A stretch of 64,000 nucleotides of DNA from Pseudomonadota bacterium. Its GTDB lineage: Bacteria; Pseudomonadota; Gammaproteobacteria; Burkholderiales; Rhodocyclaceae. Below the pieces are notes generated by a model, which saw only the letters and a list, made by a program, of their open reading frames with translations, was not told the origin of the DNA and did not search any database. Shown in pieces: positions 1 to 10,531 of the stretch; the first letter of the stretch is position 1; every line of letters starts with the position of its first letter. Location: the NCBI GenBank assembly GCA_029776255.1, contig JAKOTN010000078.1:1860-65859 (forward strand). Reading direction: 5' to 3'. The translations under genes were made by a program, and so were the position numbers.

Positions 1-61
1 CCGCCATCCTGGCGGCCGCCGTCGCGACGTCTCCGTCCGTGAAAAACGAGAGCTGGGTCAT
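1..61 (-). CDS. possible 5' end of a CDS running off the window edge (MTQLSFFTDGDVATAAARMA...)
   Basis: ATG at 61 on the minus strand, frame open to position 1; too short to assign. Confidence 0.3.
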   Translation of the reverse strand, partial: MTQLSFFTDGDVATAAARMA

Positions 62-207
62 GGGTGGAACGATAGCGCGATGGCGCCCCGCGAGAACAGG
101 CCGGCACGCTGGTCCAGGAAAATGCGAAATTGGACGCCGGTCGGCCCCGTGACCCTGAATCCCGAACGCAATTGCATTGTCAACGCGTGTTCGGACGACA
201 CGCTTAT

Positions 208-849
208 TCAGCCGCTGGCCGCATGACTGAGGCGACAACTACCTTGACGCGCGCCGGCACCTTGCCGCGAACGAAAACATTCAGCAAAAACAACGGCCTC
301 TGGAAAGAAAGCGAGAAAATCTTGTTCGAAAGCCGGCGCATTGGCAAGTAATTCGCCGCCCGCCCCGGTCAAACCGTCCTCTCCGCGCAGACGAAACCGC
401 GCCATTTGGTCGAGAGCACGCACCACGGCCAAGGGATCGCGATAAGCGGTGAGCCAATTTTCACGACGCATCGCCGGCAGAATCGCAGCCAGTCGCTCGG
501 GCAAGCAGTGTCGCGCCAGCAAGGCGTAGACATCGGCGCTGAACACTTCAAGCGGGGTCGGCGAATAGCGGTGCCAGTGCTTGGCAAGAAAGTGATCGTA
601 AAACATGTCGATCATGATGCCACTGTAGCGACGACGTTCGACGCTGACCCGCCGTCGGCTACGGAGAAAAGCCGGATGTGTGTCGGCAAAGCTGTCGATT
701 CGCCGGTGCAAGCGGATACCACTCAACACCGTTTCGTTGCAACCGGTCGGCGGTGAAACCAACGGTCCTTTCACGAAATCGCCGAGCAGCCCACCCAGAC
801 GATAGTCGTTATCCGGCCCTGCGAGCAGGGCGTGCGCCAAGAAATTCAT
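208..849 (-). CDS. acpH: ACP phosphodiesterase (AcpH/DUF479 family)
   Basis: N-terminal MNFLAH, GxLLGDFVKG, LHRRIDSFAD and DMFYDHFLA motifs; start moved to ATG 849. Confidence 0.85.
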   Translation of the reverse strand: MNFLAHALLAGPDNDYRLGGLLGDFVKGPLVSPPTGCNETVLSGIRLHRRIDSFADTHPAFLRSRRRVSVERRRYSGIMIDMFYDHFLAKHWHRYSPTPLEVFSADVYALLARHCLPERLAAILPAMRRENWLTAYRDPLAVVRALDQMARFRLRGEDGLTGAGGELLANAPAFEQDFLAFFPEAVVFAECFRSRQGAGARQGSCRLSHAASG

Positions 850-885
850 TTTCGTTATCGGCAGGCGAAGGGGTGATGAAAACAA

Positions 886-1239
886 TCACTTCGGTTCATT
901 GAGGTCCCGCACGACATACCACTCACTACGGCGCTGGGTGGCGAGCCTCACTGTCAGCACCTTGTCGTCGAACAGCGCGAGATCGCCATCGCGACGGTTG
1001 TCGCCTGTGTCGCTGTATTCGAAGCGATAAACGCGCCGTAGACGCAAGCGACCTTCGTCATCGCGCTGAAGACGGAGCGACGTCAGCGCCACGGTATCGT
1101 CGAGCAGCATAAAATTTTCGGACTGGCAGGCGGCTCGAGCCGCCTCGATCGCTGCCGCGCGCGACTGAAAACTGACGTACCAGAACCAGCCAAGTGCCAA
1201 CAAACCCACCAGGCTGATTGCTTCCATCCACGGAATCAT
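886..1239 (-). CDS. DUF3301-family small membrane-anchored protein
   Basis: N-terminal TM helix then AARAAC...LLDDTVAL...YRFEYSDTGDNRRDG pattern. Confidence 0.7.
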   Translation of the reverse strand: MIPWMEAISLVGLLALGWFWYVSFQSRAAAIEAARAACQSENFMLLDDTVALTSLRLQRDDEGRLRLRRVYRFEYSDTGDNRRDGDLALFDDKVLTVRLATQRRSEWYVVRDLNEPK

Positions 1240-1485
1240 TGAAGGTCGCCGAAAAAAAGTCGAAGGGAGAAAAACACGATGGTGCGCGGCCAGCACCCGC
1301 CGTAAACGGATTCGCGCGAGTCATGGTAGCGAAAAAGCACGAGGATTGCCGGACGACTACGCGTCTTTGCCCCGGTTTGCTCACCACGGTGGCAAACAGC
1401 CCATCCATCCTGGCGCATGACATCGTACCAAGCGCCGCTGGAGCAGGCTACAATCCGCCACTCCTTACAGTCGTGCGAGCCTATC

Positions 1486-2007
1486 ATGCCCATTTTCGCC
1501 CTCGGCGCCCGCCGCCCACAGATCGATCCGCAAAGCTGGGTCGCCCCAAACGCCACGGTCATCGGCGATGTCCGTCTGGCAAAAAACGCCTCTATCTGGT
1601 GGAACGCCACCGTGCGCGGCGACAACGACCCGATCAGCATCGGCGAAAACAGCAACATCCAGGACGGCTGCGTTTTACATACCGACGAAGGCGTGCCGAT
1701 GTGCATTGGCCGGAATGTCACCGTCGGCCATCTGGTGATGCTGCATGGCTGCACGGTCGGTGACGGCTCGCTGATCGGCATCGGCTCGGTGATTCTGAAC
1801 CGCGCGGTCATTGGCAACGGCAGTATCGTCGGCGCCAACACATTGATCCCGGAAGGAAAAATCTTTCCCGACCACTCGCTGATCGTCGGCTCGCCCGGCA
1901 AGGCGATCCGCCAGCTCAGCGAAGAAGAGGTTGCCCGCCTGCTGCACAGCGCCGATCACTACGTCGCCAACTGGCAGCGTTATCTGCGCGAACTGACAAC
2001 ACCGTAA
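1486..2007 (+). CDS. gamma carbonic anhydrase-like hexapeptide-repeat protein (YrdA/CaiE/PaaY family)
   Basis: IGDV..ASIW.NA.VRGDNDPI.IG..SNIQDG.VLH, VTVGH.VMLHGC motifs. Confidence 0.85.
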   Translation: MPIFALGARRPQIDPQSWVAPNATVIGDVRLAKNASIWWNATVRGDNDPISIGENSNIQDGCVLHTDEGVPMCIGRNVTVGHLVMLHGCTVGDGSLIGIGSVILNRAVIGNGSIVGANTLIPEGKIFPDHSLIVGSPGKAIRQLSEEEVARLLHSADHYVANWQRYLRELTTP

Positions 2008-2117
2008 AGCGATTGTCGCGTCAGACAGATAGCAGGGCTGATGGTGGTCGGTCCGTGTTGACGGACAACGGACAAGAAACCGATCAATCAACCGCCGACG
2101 GCCACCTCGCGGCGTTG

Positions 2118-2822
2118 CTATTCGCCGAGGTAGGCGGCGCGGACTTTTGGGTCGGCCAGCAATTTGTTCGATTCGTCGGTGACGGTGATTTCGCCGCTTT
2201 CCATCACATAACCGCGCTGACTGACTTCCAGCGCCAACTTGGCATTTTGCTCGACGAGCAAAATGGTCATCCCGTCGGCGGCCACGGCGCGGATCACTTC
2301 GAAAATCTTCTGGACCATGATCGGCGCCAAGCCCATTGAAGGTTCGTCGAGCAGCATCAGCTTCGGACGACTCATCAACGCGCGGCCGATAGCCAGCATC
2401 TGCTGTTCGCCGCCGGAAAGTGTTCCCGCCAGTTGCTGCGCTCTTTCCTTGAGGCGTGGAAAGTGTCCGAGCACATGTTCGAGATCGCTTTCGACGGCGC
2501 TCTTGTCGTTGCGGCTATAGGCGCCCATGCGCAGATTCTCGATACAGGTCATGCGCGGAAAGACACCGCGACCTTCCGGCACCAGCGCAATGCCCTGTTC
2601 GACCAATCGGTGCGGCGGCAACGCGAGAATTTCGCTGCCACGGTAACGAACGCTGCCACCGGCAGGGTCGAGCAGTCGTGACAAGGCGCGCAAGGTACTG
2701 CTTTTACCCGCGCCATTGGCACCGATCAAGGCAACCATTTCGCCTTCGTTGACATGAAAGGTGATGCCGCGAACGGCCTGAATACCACCGTAGGAAACCC
2801 GCAATCCGTTAACTTCAAGCAT
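2118..2822 (-). CDS. livF: branched-chain amino acid ABC transporter ATP-binding protein
   Basis: Walker A GANGAGKS, signature LSGGEQQMLAIGRALM, last gene of the liv operon. Confidence 0.9.
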   Translation of the reverse strand: MLEVNGLRVSYGGIQAVRGITFHVNEGEMVALIGANGAGKSSTLRALSRLLDPAGGSVRYRGSEILALPPHRLVEQGIALVPEGRGVFPRMTCIENLRMGAYSRNDKSAVESDLEHVLGHFPRLKERAQQLAGTLSGGEQQMLAIGRALMSRPKLMLLDEPSMGLAPIMVQKIFEVIRAVAADGMTILLVEQNAKLALEVSQRGYVMESGEITVTDESNKLLADPKVRAAYLGE

Positions 2823-2838
2823 GATTCGTCCGTTCCCT

Positions 2839-3615
2839 TCAAGCCACCGAACCGCCGAGATACGCCTCGATAACACGGGGATCTTTCTGCACTGCCGCTG
2901 GCACGTCTTCGCAGATTTTCTCACCGTAGTCGAGCACCGCCACCCGCGTGCAGAGACCCATCACCAGCTTGACGTCGTGTTCGATCAGCAGCACGGTGAC
3001 ACCGTCGCGACAAATCCCCTCGACCAGCAGACGCAACGCTTCGGTTTCGGTACCGTTCATCCCCGCCGCGGGTTCGTCGAGCGCGAGCAGTTTCGGTTCG
3101 GTGGCCAAGGCGCGGGCAATTTCCAGACGGCGCTGATCGCCGTAGGAAAGGTGTTTGGCGTAGTCGTGCGCCCGCTCGTGAATGCCAACATAATGCAGCA
3201 GTTCTTCGGCGCGGCGGACGATGGCCACCTCCTCGGCACGAGTCGCCGGGTTGCGAAAGATGGCGCCAAAAACATTGGCGTTGGTACGCAAATGGCGACC
3301 AACCATCACGTTCTCGATCGCCGTCATGTTGCCGAACAGGCGAATGTTCTGAAACGTGCGGGCGATGCCAACGGCCGCCGCCTTGTGCGGCGCATCGGCG
3401 GCAAGCCGGTTACCGTCGAAAACGAAATATCCACCCTCGTTCTTGTACAGACCGGTCAGGCAGTTGAAGAACGTCGTTTTGCCGGCGCCGTTGGGACCGA
3501 TCAAGCCATAGATCTCGCCGCGACGAATGGTCAGCGAAACGTCATGCAGCGCCTTGACGCCACCAAAATGTTTGGCCACCTCGCAGGCGGCGAGCAGAAT
3601 CGGTTTCTCGCTCAT
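2839..3615 (-). CDS. livG: branched-chain amino acid ABC transporter ATP-binding protein
   Basis: GPNGAGKTT, ARTFQNIRLF, LSYGDQRRLEIARALA, C-terminal VIEAYLG. Confidence 0.9.
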   Translation of the reverse strand: MSEKPILLAACEVAKHFGGVKALHDVSLTIRRGEIYGLIGPNGAGKTTFFNCLTGLYKNEGGYFVFDGNRLAADAPHKAAAVGIARTFQNIRLFGNMTAIENVMVGRHLRTNANVFGAIFRNPATRAEEVAIVRRAEELLHYVGIHERAHDYAKHLSYGDQRRLEIARALATEPKLLALDEPAAGMNGTETEALRLLVEGICRDGVTVLLIEHDVKLVMGLCTRVAVLDYGEKICEDVPAAVQKDPRVIEAYLGGSVA

Positions 3616-3617
3616 TA

Positions 3618-4694
3618 TCAGTGGGTCCCCTCGCTAAGCTCGCGGCGTCGTTGCGACGAGGGCCACAAACCCGCCGGGCGGAAGCGCATCACCAGTACCA
3701 GAGCCAAGCCGAAAACCAGCATGCGCATGCTTTCCGGATCGACGACCGGGTGTCCGAAAACCATGCGCTGCAGCGGATCGATACCGTACCGCAACGCTTC
3801 CGGCAAGGCGGTCAGCAGAATCGCGCCAAGGATGACACCGGGGATGTGTCCCATGCCGCCAAGAACAACCATCGCCAAAATGGTGATCGACTCCATCAAA
3901 GAAAAGCTTTCCGGGCTGACGAAACCCTGCATCGCGGAAAAAACGCCGCCGGCGATACCACCAAATGACGCGCCCATGGCAAAAGCCAATAATTTGATAT
4001 TGCGGGTATTGATGCCGCACGCCTTGGCCGCCACCTCATCTTCGCGGATCGCTTGCCACGCGCGTCCGATACGGGAATCCTGCAGGCGGATATTGATGAA
4101 GATGACCAGAATCGCCAATGTCACAAGGAGGAAATAGTACTTGTGCGGTCCATTGATGCTCACGCCGAATACGGTGGAGGTTTGCGCAAAGGAAAAGTCG
4201 CCGATGCGGATCGGGTCGATCAAGGTAATCCCCTGCGCACCGTTGGTGATGTTGATTGGCGCGTTGAGGTTGTTCATGAATATACGAATGATCTCGCCGA
4301 AACCCAGGGTGACGATCGCCAGATAGTCTCCACGCAATTTCAGGGTCGGCGCTCCCAGAATGACGCCAAAAAAACAGGCCAATGCGGCGCCAAAGGGCAA
4401 TATCACCCAAAACGGAAGATGAATTCCGAAATGCGGCGAGGCCAGCAAGGCATAGGTATAAGCGCCGACAGCGTAGAAGGCAACGTAACCCAGGTCGAGC
4501 AGTCCGGCGTAACCGACAACGATGTTCAGGCCCAGCGCCAAGAAAATATAAAGGATGGCGAAGTTGGCGATACGCACCCACGCCTGCCCACCGAGAGCCG
4601 CAACGAAAGGTACGGCCACCAGAACGACGGCCACCAACAGCATGCCCAACCAATGCCGTTGCCAGGAAACGGTTTTTCCTACACGCCGGTTCAT
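3618..4694 (-). CDS. livM: branched-chain amino acid ABC transporter permease
   Basis: GLNIVVGYAGLLDLGYVAFYAVGAY, LKLRGDYLAIVTLGFGEIIRI, GRAWQAIREDE. Confidence 0.9.
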   Translation of the reverse strand: MNRRVGKTVSWQRHWLGMLLVAVVLVAVPFVAALGGQAWVRIANFAILYIFLALGLNIVVGYAGLLDLGYVAFYAVGAYTYALLASPHFGIHLPFWVILPFGAALACFFGVILGAPTLKLRGDYLAIVTLGFGEIIRIFMNNLNAPINITNGAQGITLIDPIRIGDFSFAQTSTVFGVSINGPHKYYFLLVTLAILVIFINIRLQDSRIGRAWQAIREDEVAAKACGINTRNIKLLAFAMGASFGGIAGGVFSAMQGFVSPESFSLMESITILAMVVLGGMGHIPGVILGAILLTALPEALRYGIDPLQRMVFGHPVVDPESMRMLVFGLALVLVMRFRPAGLWPSSQRRRELSEGTH

Positions 4695-5620
4695 GCCCGA
4701 TCTCCCGTACGCTCGCCAAACAGACCCGACGGGCGGAACATCAACACCACGATCAGGACGATGAACGCGAAGATATCCTGGTAGTGACTACCGAGAAAAT
4801 CGCCGGTCAGATCACCGATGTAACCCGCGCCAAGCGCCTCAATGACGCCGAGCAGAATACCGCCAGCCATCGCACCCGCCAGATTGCCGATACCCCCCAG
4901 AACCGCTGCGGTGAATGCCTTCAAGCCAAGCATGAAACCCATCTGGTAATGCGCGATTTCGTAATACGAACCAACCATGCAACCAGCGACCGCGCCCAGC
5001 GCCGAACCGATGACGAATGCCATGGCAATGACGCGATTGATATCGACACCCATCAGCGACGCGACATGCGGGTTTTGCGCGGTCGCCCGCATCGCCATGC
5101 CAATCTTGGTACGGTGCACCAGATAAATCAGACCGACCATCATCACCGCCGCCAACGAAACGATCGCCACCTGGACATTGGTAAAACTCGCACCACCGAT
5201 GTCATAGATTATTTTCTCGATCATCGGCGGAAAAGTGATGTAGTTCCTGCCCCAGATGATCATCGCCACATTCTGCAAAACAATGGACATCCCAATGGCG
5301 GTGATCAGCGGCGTCAATCTTGGCGCATGTCGCAACGGACGGTAAGCAACGCGTTCCAGCGCCCAACCGAGAACCATGCACACGATTACCGAAACAACCA
5401 GACCGATGCCGAGCACGATCAACAAAGGCATGCCGGAACCGGCAAGGGAAACGATGACCGTGAAGGCAACCATCGTGCCGATCATCACCACCTCGCCGTG
5501 CGCGAAATTGATCAGGCCGATAATTCCGTACACCATCGTATAACCCAAGGCGACCAGTGCGTAGACCGCACCCAAGGTTATACCGTTAATCAACTGCTGA
5601 AGGAGAGTATCCATGGTCAA
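4691..5620 (-). CDS. livH: branched-chain amino acid ABC transporter permease
   Basis: ALGYTMVYGIIGLINFAHGE, GLKAFTAAVLGGIG; 4-bp overlap with livM. Confidence 0.9.
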   Translation of the reverse strand: MTMDTLLQQLINGITLGAVYALVALGYTMVYGIIGLINFAHGEVVMIGTMVAFTVIVSLAGSGMPLLIVLGIGLVVSVIVCMVLGWALERVAYRPLRHAPRLTPLITAIGMSIVLQNVAMIIWGRNYITFPPMIEKIIYDIGGASFTNVQVAIVSLAAVMMVGLIYLVHRTKIGMAMRATAQNPHVASLMGVDINRVIAMAFVIGSALGAVAGCMVGSYYEIAHYQMGFMLGLKAFTAAVLGGIGNLAGAMAGGILLGVIEALGAGYIGDLTGDFLGSHYQDIFAFIVLIVVLMFRPSGLFGERTGDRA

Positions 5621-5781
5621 GCTTTCCGCAACAGGGTGCTCGCGGCGAAGCGAGTGTTCAAATGCAGGACACCAGAAATCGGGCCGCTGGGACGTTATTC
5701 CGGTTCATGCCGAGCAAATGCGGACGGAGGAAAAAGAACGAGGGGATGGTTTCTTCACCATCCCCTCGGTGTCGAAAGCCC

Positions 5782-7092
5782 TTATTTCTTGGCTTCCGGT
5801 GCGGGCGCCGCTGGAGCAGCAGGAGCGGCCGCCGGTGCGGGCGCGGCAGCAGGTGCCGGAGCCGCCGCAGGAGCGGGTGCCGCCGCCGGTGCGGCGGCGC
5901 CACCTTCGGACTTCAATGCAACCAGCTTGCCATCCTTGATTTCGAAGACGGTGATTGCGCCGTTCTTGATGTCGCCTTTCTCGTCGAACTCCACTTTTCC
6001 GGTGACGCCGTTATACGACGTCTTACCGACTTCTGCCAGATACTTGGCTGGATCGACAGAGTTGGCGCGTTTCATGGCGTCAATCAGAACCATCACCGCA
6101 TCGTAGCTGTAAGGCGAATAAATCTGAATCTGGCCGTACTTCTTGGTGAAATCTTCGACGAATTTTTGACCGTTAGGCAGCTTGTCGACCGGCAAACCGG
6201 CTTGTGAGCACACCACGCCTTCCGACGCGTCGCCAGCGAGCTTGATCAGCTCGGGCGAGCACCCACCGTCACCAGTGGTGAATTTGGCCTTGATCCCAAG
6301 CTCCTTCATTTGCTTGAGCATCGGCCCACCGATGGCATCCATGCCGCCAACGAAAATGGCATCGGGTTTCTTGGCTTTTATTTTGGTCAGGATGGCCTTG
6401 AAATCGGTGGCTTTGTCGTTGGTGAACTCACGCGCCACGACGGTCGCGCCAGCGGCCTTGGCCGCTTTTTCGAACTCGTCGGCCAGGCCCTGCCCATAGG
6501 CGGTGCGGTCATCGATGATCGCCACTTTCTTGGCGCCCAAATCCTTGACGGCGTAAGTGCCGATCACCGAACCTTGCTGGATGTCATTGGCCATCACGCG
6601 GAAGGTGGTGTTGAAGCCCTGCTGGGTGTATTTCGGATTGGTCGCCGAAGGCGAGATTTGCGGCAGACCGCCCTGATTGTAGATTGCCGAGGCGGGAATG
6701 GTGGTGCCCGAATTGAGGTGCCCGACAACGCCGGCCACCTTGGCATCAACCAGTTTTTGCGCAACGACCGTCGCCGTCTTCGGATCGGCCTGGTCGTCTT
6801 CACCCAGCAGTTCGAATTTGATGATCTTGCCGTCGATTTCGAGTTTCTTGGCGTTGGCGTCATCGACCGCCAAACGCGCACCGTTTTCGTTGTCCTTGCC
6901 CAAATGTGCAATCGGGCCGGTCAGCGGAGCGACGTGGCCAATCTTAACCACGAGTTCCGGCTTGGCGGCCGGTGCCGGAGCCGCCGCGGGAGCCGGAGCG
7001 GCAACCTTGGGTTCCTCCTTCTTGCCACAGCCAATCATCGCCACGGAAGCAGCCAGAACGACGAGCACACCAGGAATACGTACATGGTTCAT
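5782..7092 (-). CDS. livK: branched-chain amino acid ABC substrate-binding lipoprotein with Ala/Pro-rich extensions
   Basis: lipobox-like AMIGC (Cys22); EDDQADP, GHLNSG, QISPSATNP, DDRTAYGQGLADEF motifs. Confidence 0.85.
   Translation of the reverse strand: MNHVRIPGVLVVLAASVAMIGCGKKEEPKVAAPAPAAAPAPAAKPELVVKIGHVAPLTGPIAHLGKDNENGARLAVDDANAKKLEIDGKIIKFELLGEDDQADPKTATVVAQKLVDAKVAGVVGHLNSGTTIPASAIYNQGGLPQISPSATNPKYTQQGFNTTFRVMANDIQQGSVIGTYAVKDLGAKKVAIIDDRTAYGQGLADEFEKAAKAAGATVVAREFTNDKATDFKAILTKIKAKKPDAIFVGGMDAIGGPMLKQMKELGIKAKFTTGDGGCSPELIKLAGDASEGVVCSQAGLPVDKLPNGQKFVEDFTKKYGQIQIYSPYSYDAVMVLIDAMKRANSVDPAKYLAEVGKTSYNGVTGKVEFDEKGDIKNGAITVFEIKDGKLVALKSEGGAAAPAAAPAPAAAPAPAAAPAPAAAPAAPAAPAPEAKK
5797..5899 (-). 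repeat. degenerate 18-bp (APAAAP) coding tandem repeat at the LivK C-terminus
   Basis: translation AAAPAAAPAPAAAPAPAAAPAPAAAPAAPAAPAP with varied synonymous codons. Confidence 0.8.
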
Positions 7093-7220
7093 AGATTTGT
7101 TCTCCGATATTGGTTCATACGGGCATAACGAGCGGGCGATTGTCCAAGCACATCAGCAGCTTGTCAACATGCATATCAACGTTCCGTTTGCATATCGTTA
7201 TCAGTTTCGATCTTGAAACG

Positions 7221-7245
7221 GAAAACCGGCTCTGGGCCGGTTTTC
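7221..7245 (-). terminator. intrinsic terminator of the cytochrome c gene
   Basis: perfect 10-bp inverted repeat GAAAACCGGC/GCCGGTTTTC 15 bp past the stop. Confidence 0.7.
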
Positions 7246-7260
7246 TTGTTTTCGAAGCGA

Positions 7261-7566
7261 TCACTTCAAGCTGAGAATCCATTTAACCAGCTTGGTCGCT
7301 TCCTCTGGTTTGACAGTAGCGTTTGGCGGCATCGGAACCTCGCCCCAGGAACCCTTGCCACCCTTGAGCACCTTTTCGACCAGTTTGGCTTCATCCTTGG
7401 CGGTGTATTTCTTGGCCACATCCTTATAGGCCGGACCGACAATTTTTTTGTCGATGGCGTGGCACGCCAGGCAGCCCTTGGCCTTGGCAAGCGCCTCGTC
7501 GGCCTGTGCCGCGCCGGCGGACATGATGCCGGCGGTGGCCAGCAAGCACACGTAGATTGCTTTCAT
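7261..7566 (-). CDS. periplasmic monoheme cytochrome c551/c552 (class I, c8 type)
   Basis: signal peptide ending AQA, CLACH heme motif, MPPN distal Met ligand. Confidence 0.9.
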   Translation of the reverse strand: MKAIYVCLLATAGIMSAGAAQADEALAKAKGCLACHAIDKKIVGPAYKDVAKKYTAKDEAKLVEKVLKGGKGSWGEVPMPPNATVKPEEATKLVKWILSLK

Positions 7567-7759
7567 GTTTTTACTCCGTTCAGGTATGAGGATAAAACGG
7601 GATGATCTTATTTCAGTTTCGCCGGCTTGGAAAGCCTCTTGAGCCACGCCAACGGCACAACGAACCGCATGCGGGTAAACGCCCAGACGAGTAGTGGCGT
7701 TGACCTTATCCCGAAACCGTTTGCCGAACGAATCGCCCGCCCTCTCCCTGTTGCGGCGC

Positions 7760-9616
7760 CTATCGTTTTTTCAGTCTAGACAGGTCGCGAACGGCGCCGG
7801 TCGCCGCCGATGTCGCCATCAGCGCATAAGCCGACAACGCCTGCGAAACGATCCGCCGACGCGCCGCCGCCGGTCGCCATCCGGCCTCGCCCCGACTGTC
7901 CATCGCCGCGCGGCGTCCAGCCAGTTCGTCGTCGGTAACGGCCAGATGGATTCGCCGCCCTGGAATATCGATTTCGACTAGATCGCCCTCTTCCACCAGA
8001 CCGATGGCACCGCCGTCCGCCGCTTCCGGCGAGGCGTGCCCGATCGACAAGCCCGAGGTTCCGCCCGAAAACCGCCCATCGGTCAACAAAGCGCAGGACT
8101 TGCCCAAACCCTTCGATTTCAGATAGGAGGTCGGGTACAGCATTTCCTGCATGCCAGGTCCGCCGCGCGGTCCTTCGTAGCGAATCACCACCACATCGCC
8201 CGGGTTGATCCGGTCGCCGAGAATGGCTTGCACCGCCTCGTCCTGGCTTTCGAATACCCGTGCCCGGCCGCTGAAAACCCAGATGCTTTCATCCACCCCG
8301 GCGGTCTTGACAATGCAACCGTCGATGGCGATGTTGCCGTAGAGCACTGCCAGACCGCCGTCGAGCGAATAGGCGTTGGCGCGGTCGCGAATGCAGCCGT
8401 GCGTGCGGTCGAGATCCAGTTCCGGGTAGCGGCGACTTTGCGAGAAAGCGGTCTGCGTCGGAATACCACCCGGAGCGGCCTTGAAAAATTCGAACACTTC
8501 CGAATCGTGGGTACGCATCACGTCGTAGATATCGATGGCTTCGCCCAGTGTCTTGGTATGCACCGTCGGCACGTGACGATGAATCAGGCCACCGCGGTCC
8601 AGTTCGCCGAGAAGACCAAAAATGCCGCCAGCGCGGTGCACATCCTCGATATGGTAGTCGGGGGACGCCGGCGCGACCTTGGCCAGACAGGGCACTTTGC
8701 GCGAGATGCGGTCGATATCGGCCATCGTGAAATCCACGCCGGCTTCCTGCGCGGCCGCCAGAATATGCAGCACGGTGTTGGTCGACCCACCCATCGCCAC
8801 ATCGAGAGTCATGGCATTTTCGAACGCATCGAAGCTCGCGATGGCGCGCGGCAATACCGAGGCATCGTCCTGTCGATAGTAGCGCTGGCACAGGTCGACG
8901 ATCCGGGCGCCGGCCTTGCGGAAAAGTTCGCGGCGATCGGCGTGGGTGGCCAGCACGGTCCCGTTACCAGGAAGTGAAAACCCAAGCGCTTCGGTCAGAC
9001 AATTCATCGAGTTGGCGGTAAACATGCCGGAACATGAACCGCAAGTCGGGCAGGCCGAGCGCTCGAAGGAGTCGACTTCTTCATCGGAGCAACGGCTGTC
9101 ACCCCCCTTGACCATGGCGTCGACCAGATCGACGGCAACGGTTTTGCCTCCCCAGCGCACCTTGCCGGCTTCCATCGGCCCCCCGGAAACGAAAATCGTC
9201 GGAATATTGACCCTTAGGGTGGCCATCAACATCCCCGGCGTGATCTTGTCGCAATTCGAAATACAGACCATGGCGTCAGCGCAATGGGCATTCACCATGT
9301 ACTCCACCGAATCGGCGATCAGATCGCGCGAAGGCAGCGAATACAACATGCCGTCGTGCCCCATGGCAATGCCGTCGTCGATGGCGATGGTATTGAACTC
9401 CTTGGCGACGCCGCCGGCGGCCTCAATCTCGCGCGCGACGAGCTGACCGAGATCCTTGAGATGTACGTGACCGGGCACGAACTGGGTGAACGAGTTGACC
9501 ACGGCAATGATCGGCTTGCCGAAATCACCGTCGCTCATCCCGGTGGCACGCCACAAGGCGCGCGCGCCCGCCATGTTGCGGCCGTGGGTGGAAGTGCGGG
9601 ATCGGTAGTGGGGCAT
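7760..9616 (-). CDS. ilvD: dihydroxy-acid dehydratase
   Basis: [26 protein letters not shown] start, [39 protein letters not shown]. Confidence 0.95.
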   Translation of the reverse strand: MPHYRSRTSTHGRNMAGARALWRATGMSDGDFGKPIIAVVNSFTQFVPGHVHLKDLGQLVAREIEAAGGVAKEFNTIAIDDGIAMGHDGMLYSLPSRDLIADSVEYMVNAHCADAMVCISNCDKITPGMLMATLRVNIPTIFVSGGPMEAGKVRWGGKTVAVDLVDAMVKGGDSRCSDEEVDSFERSACPTCGSCSGMFTANSMNCLTEALGFSLPGNGTVLATHADRRELFRKAGARIVDLCQRYYRQDDASVLPRAIASFDAFENAMTLDVAMGGSTNTVLHILAAAQEAGVDFTMADIDRISRKVPCLAKVAPASPDYHIEDVHRAGGIFGLLGELDRGGLIHRHVPTVHTKTLGEAIDIYDVMRTHDSEVFEFFKAAPGGIPTQTAFSQSRRYPELDLDRTHGCIRDRANAYSLDGGLAVLYGNIAIDGCIVKTAGVDESIWVFSGRARVFESQDEAVQAILGDRINPGDVVVIRYEGPRGGPGMQEMLYPTSYLKSKGLGKSCALLTDGRFSGGTSGLSIGHASPEAADGGAIGLVEEGDLVEIDIPGRRIHLAVTDDELAGRRAAMDSRGEAGWRPAAARRRIVSQALSAYALMATSAATGAVRDLSRLKKR

Positions 9617-9698
9617 GACGAATCTCCAATCGAAAACACGCCCAAGACTGGCGCGATATAATCCGAATTCTATCCGAAAGCCTTGGGGTGTTCGTGCC

Positions 9699-10496
9699 GT
9701 GTTGACCCATCCGCAGTTCAACCCCGTTGCCGTTTCGCTCGGCCCCTTGAGCGTGCACTGGTACGGTTTAATGTATCTGGTGGCTTTCATCCAGTTCTGG
9801 TGGCTGGGCCGACACCGTATCCTGCACCATCCGCAACTCACCGGCGATGGCTGGACGCTGCAACGGCTCGACGACCTCCTGTTCCATGGCGTCCTGGGTG
9901 TGATCCTCGGCGGTCGTCTGGGGCAAGTGCTGTTCTACGAACCCGCTTACTACCTCCAGCAGCCGCTTGAGATTCTCGCGGTCTGGCGAGGTGGCATGTC
10001 CTTTCACGGCGGGTTTCTTGGCGTACTGGTGGCCATGTGGCTTCATGCGCGCAAAACAGACACCAACTGGCTAGTAATCACCGACTTCATTGCTCCGCTG
10101 GTGCCACTGGGTCTCGCCGCCGGCCGTGTCGGCAATTTCATCAACGGCGAACTGTGGGGGCGCGTCGCCGACCCGTCCTTGCCATGGGCGATGATTTTTC
10201 CGCGCGTCGACGCGCTGCCGCGCCACCCGTCGCAAATCTACCAGGCGACGCTGGAAGGACTGTTACTGTTCGCGATACTGTGGCTTTATTCCAGTCGGCC
10301 GCGACCGCGGGCGGCGGTTTCTGGCGTATTCCTGATCGGTTATGGTGTTTTGCGCTGGATTGGCGAATATTTCAGATCGCCGGATGCGGGAATCTTCGGC
10401 TTTTCTTATACGATCAGCATGGGGCAGTGGCTTTCGCTGCCGATGATCCTGATTGGCGTGCTTTTTCTCGTGGTCGCGCATCGCCGGCATTCTTGA
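9699..10496 (+). CDS. lgt: prolipoprotein diacylglyceryl transferase
   Basis: [36 protein letters not shown]; GTG start inferred. Confidence 0.95.
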   Translation: MLTHPQFNPVAVSLGPLSVHWYGLMYLVAFIQFWWLGRHRILHHPQLTGDGWTLQRLDDLLFHGVLGVILGGRLGQVLFYEPAYYLQQPLEILAVWRGGMSFHGGFLGVLVAMWLHARKTDTNWLVITDFIAPLVPLGLAAGRVGNFINGELWGRVADPSLPWAMIFPRVDALPRHPSQIYQATLEGLLLFAILWLYSSRPRPRAAVSGVFLIGYGVLRWIGEYFRSPDAGIFGFSYTISMGQWLSLPMILIGVLFLVVAHRRHS

Positions 10497-10531
10497 ACGG
10501 CGCACCGCCGCGATGAACAGGAGGATGAACC

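Noticed and set aside
2821-6106. Long plus-strand ORFs (2821-4137, 4382-6106)
   Set aside because: Antisense shadows of the liv genes in high-GC sequence, with no motifs.
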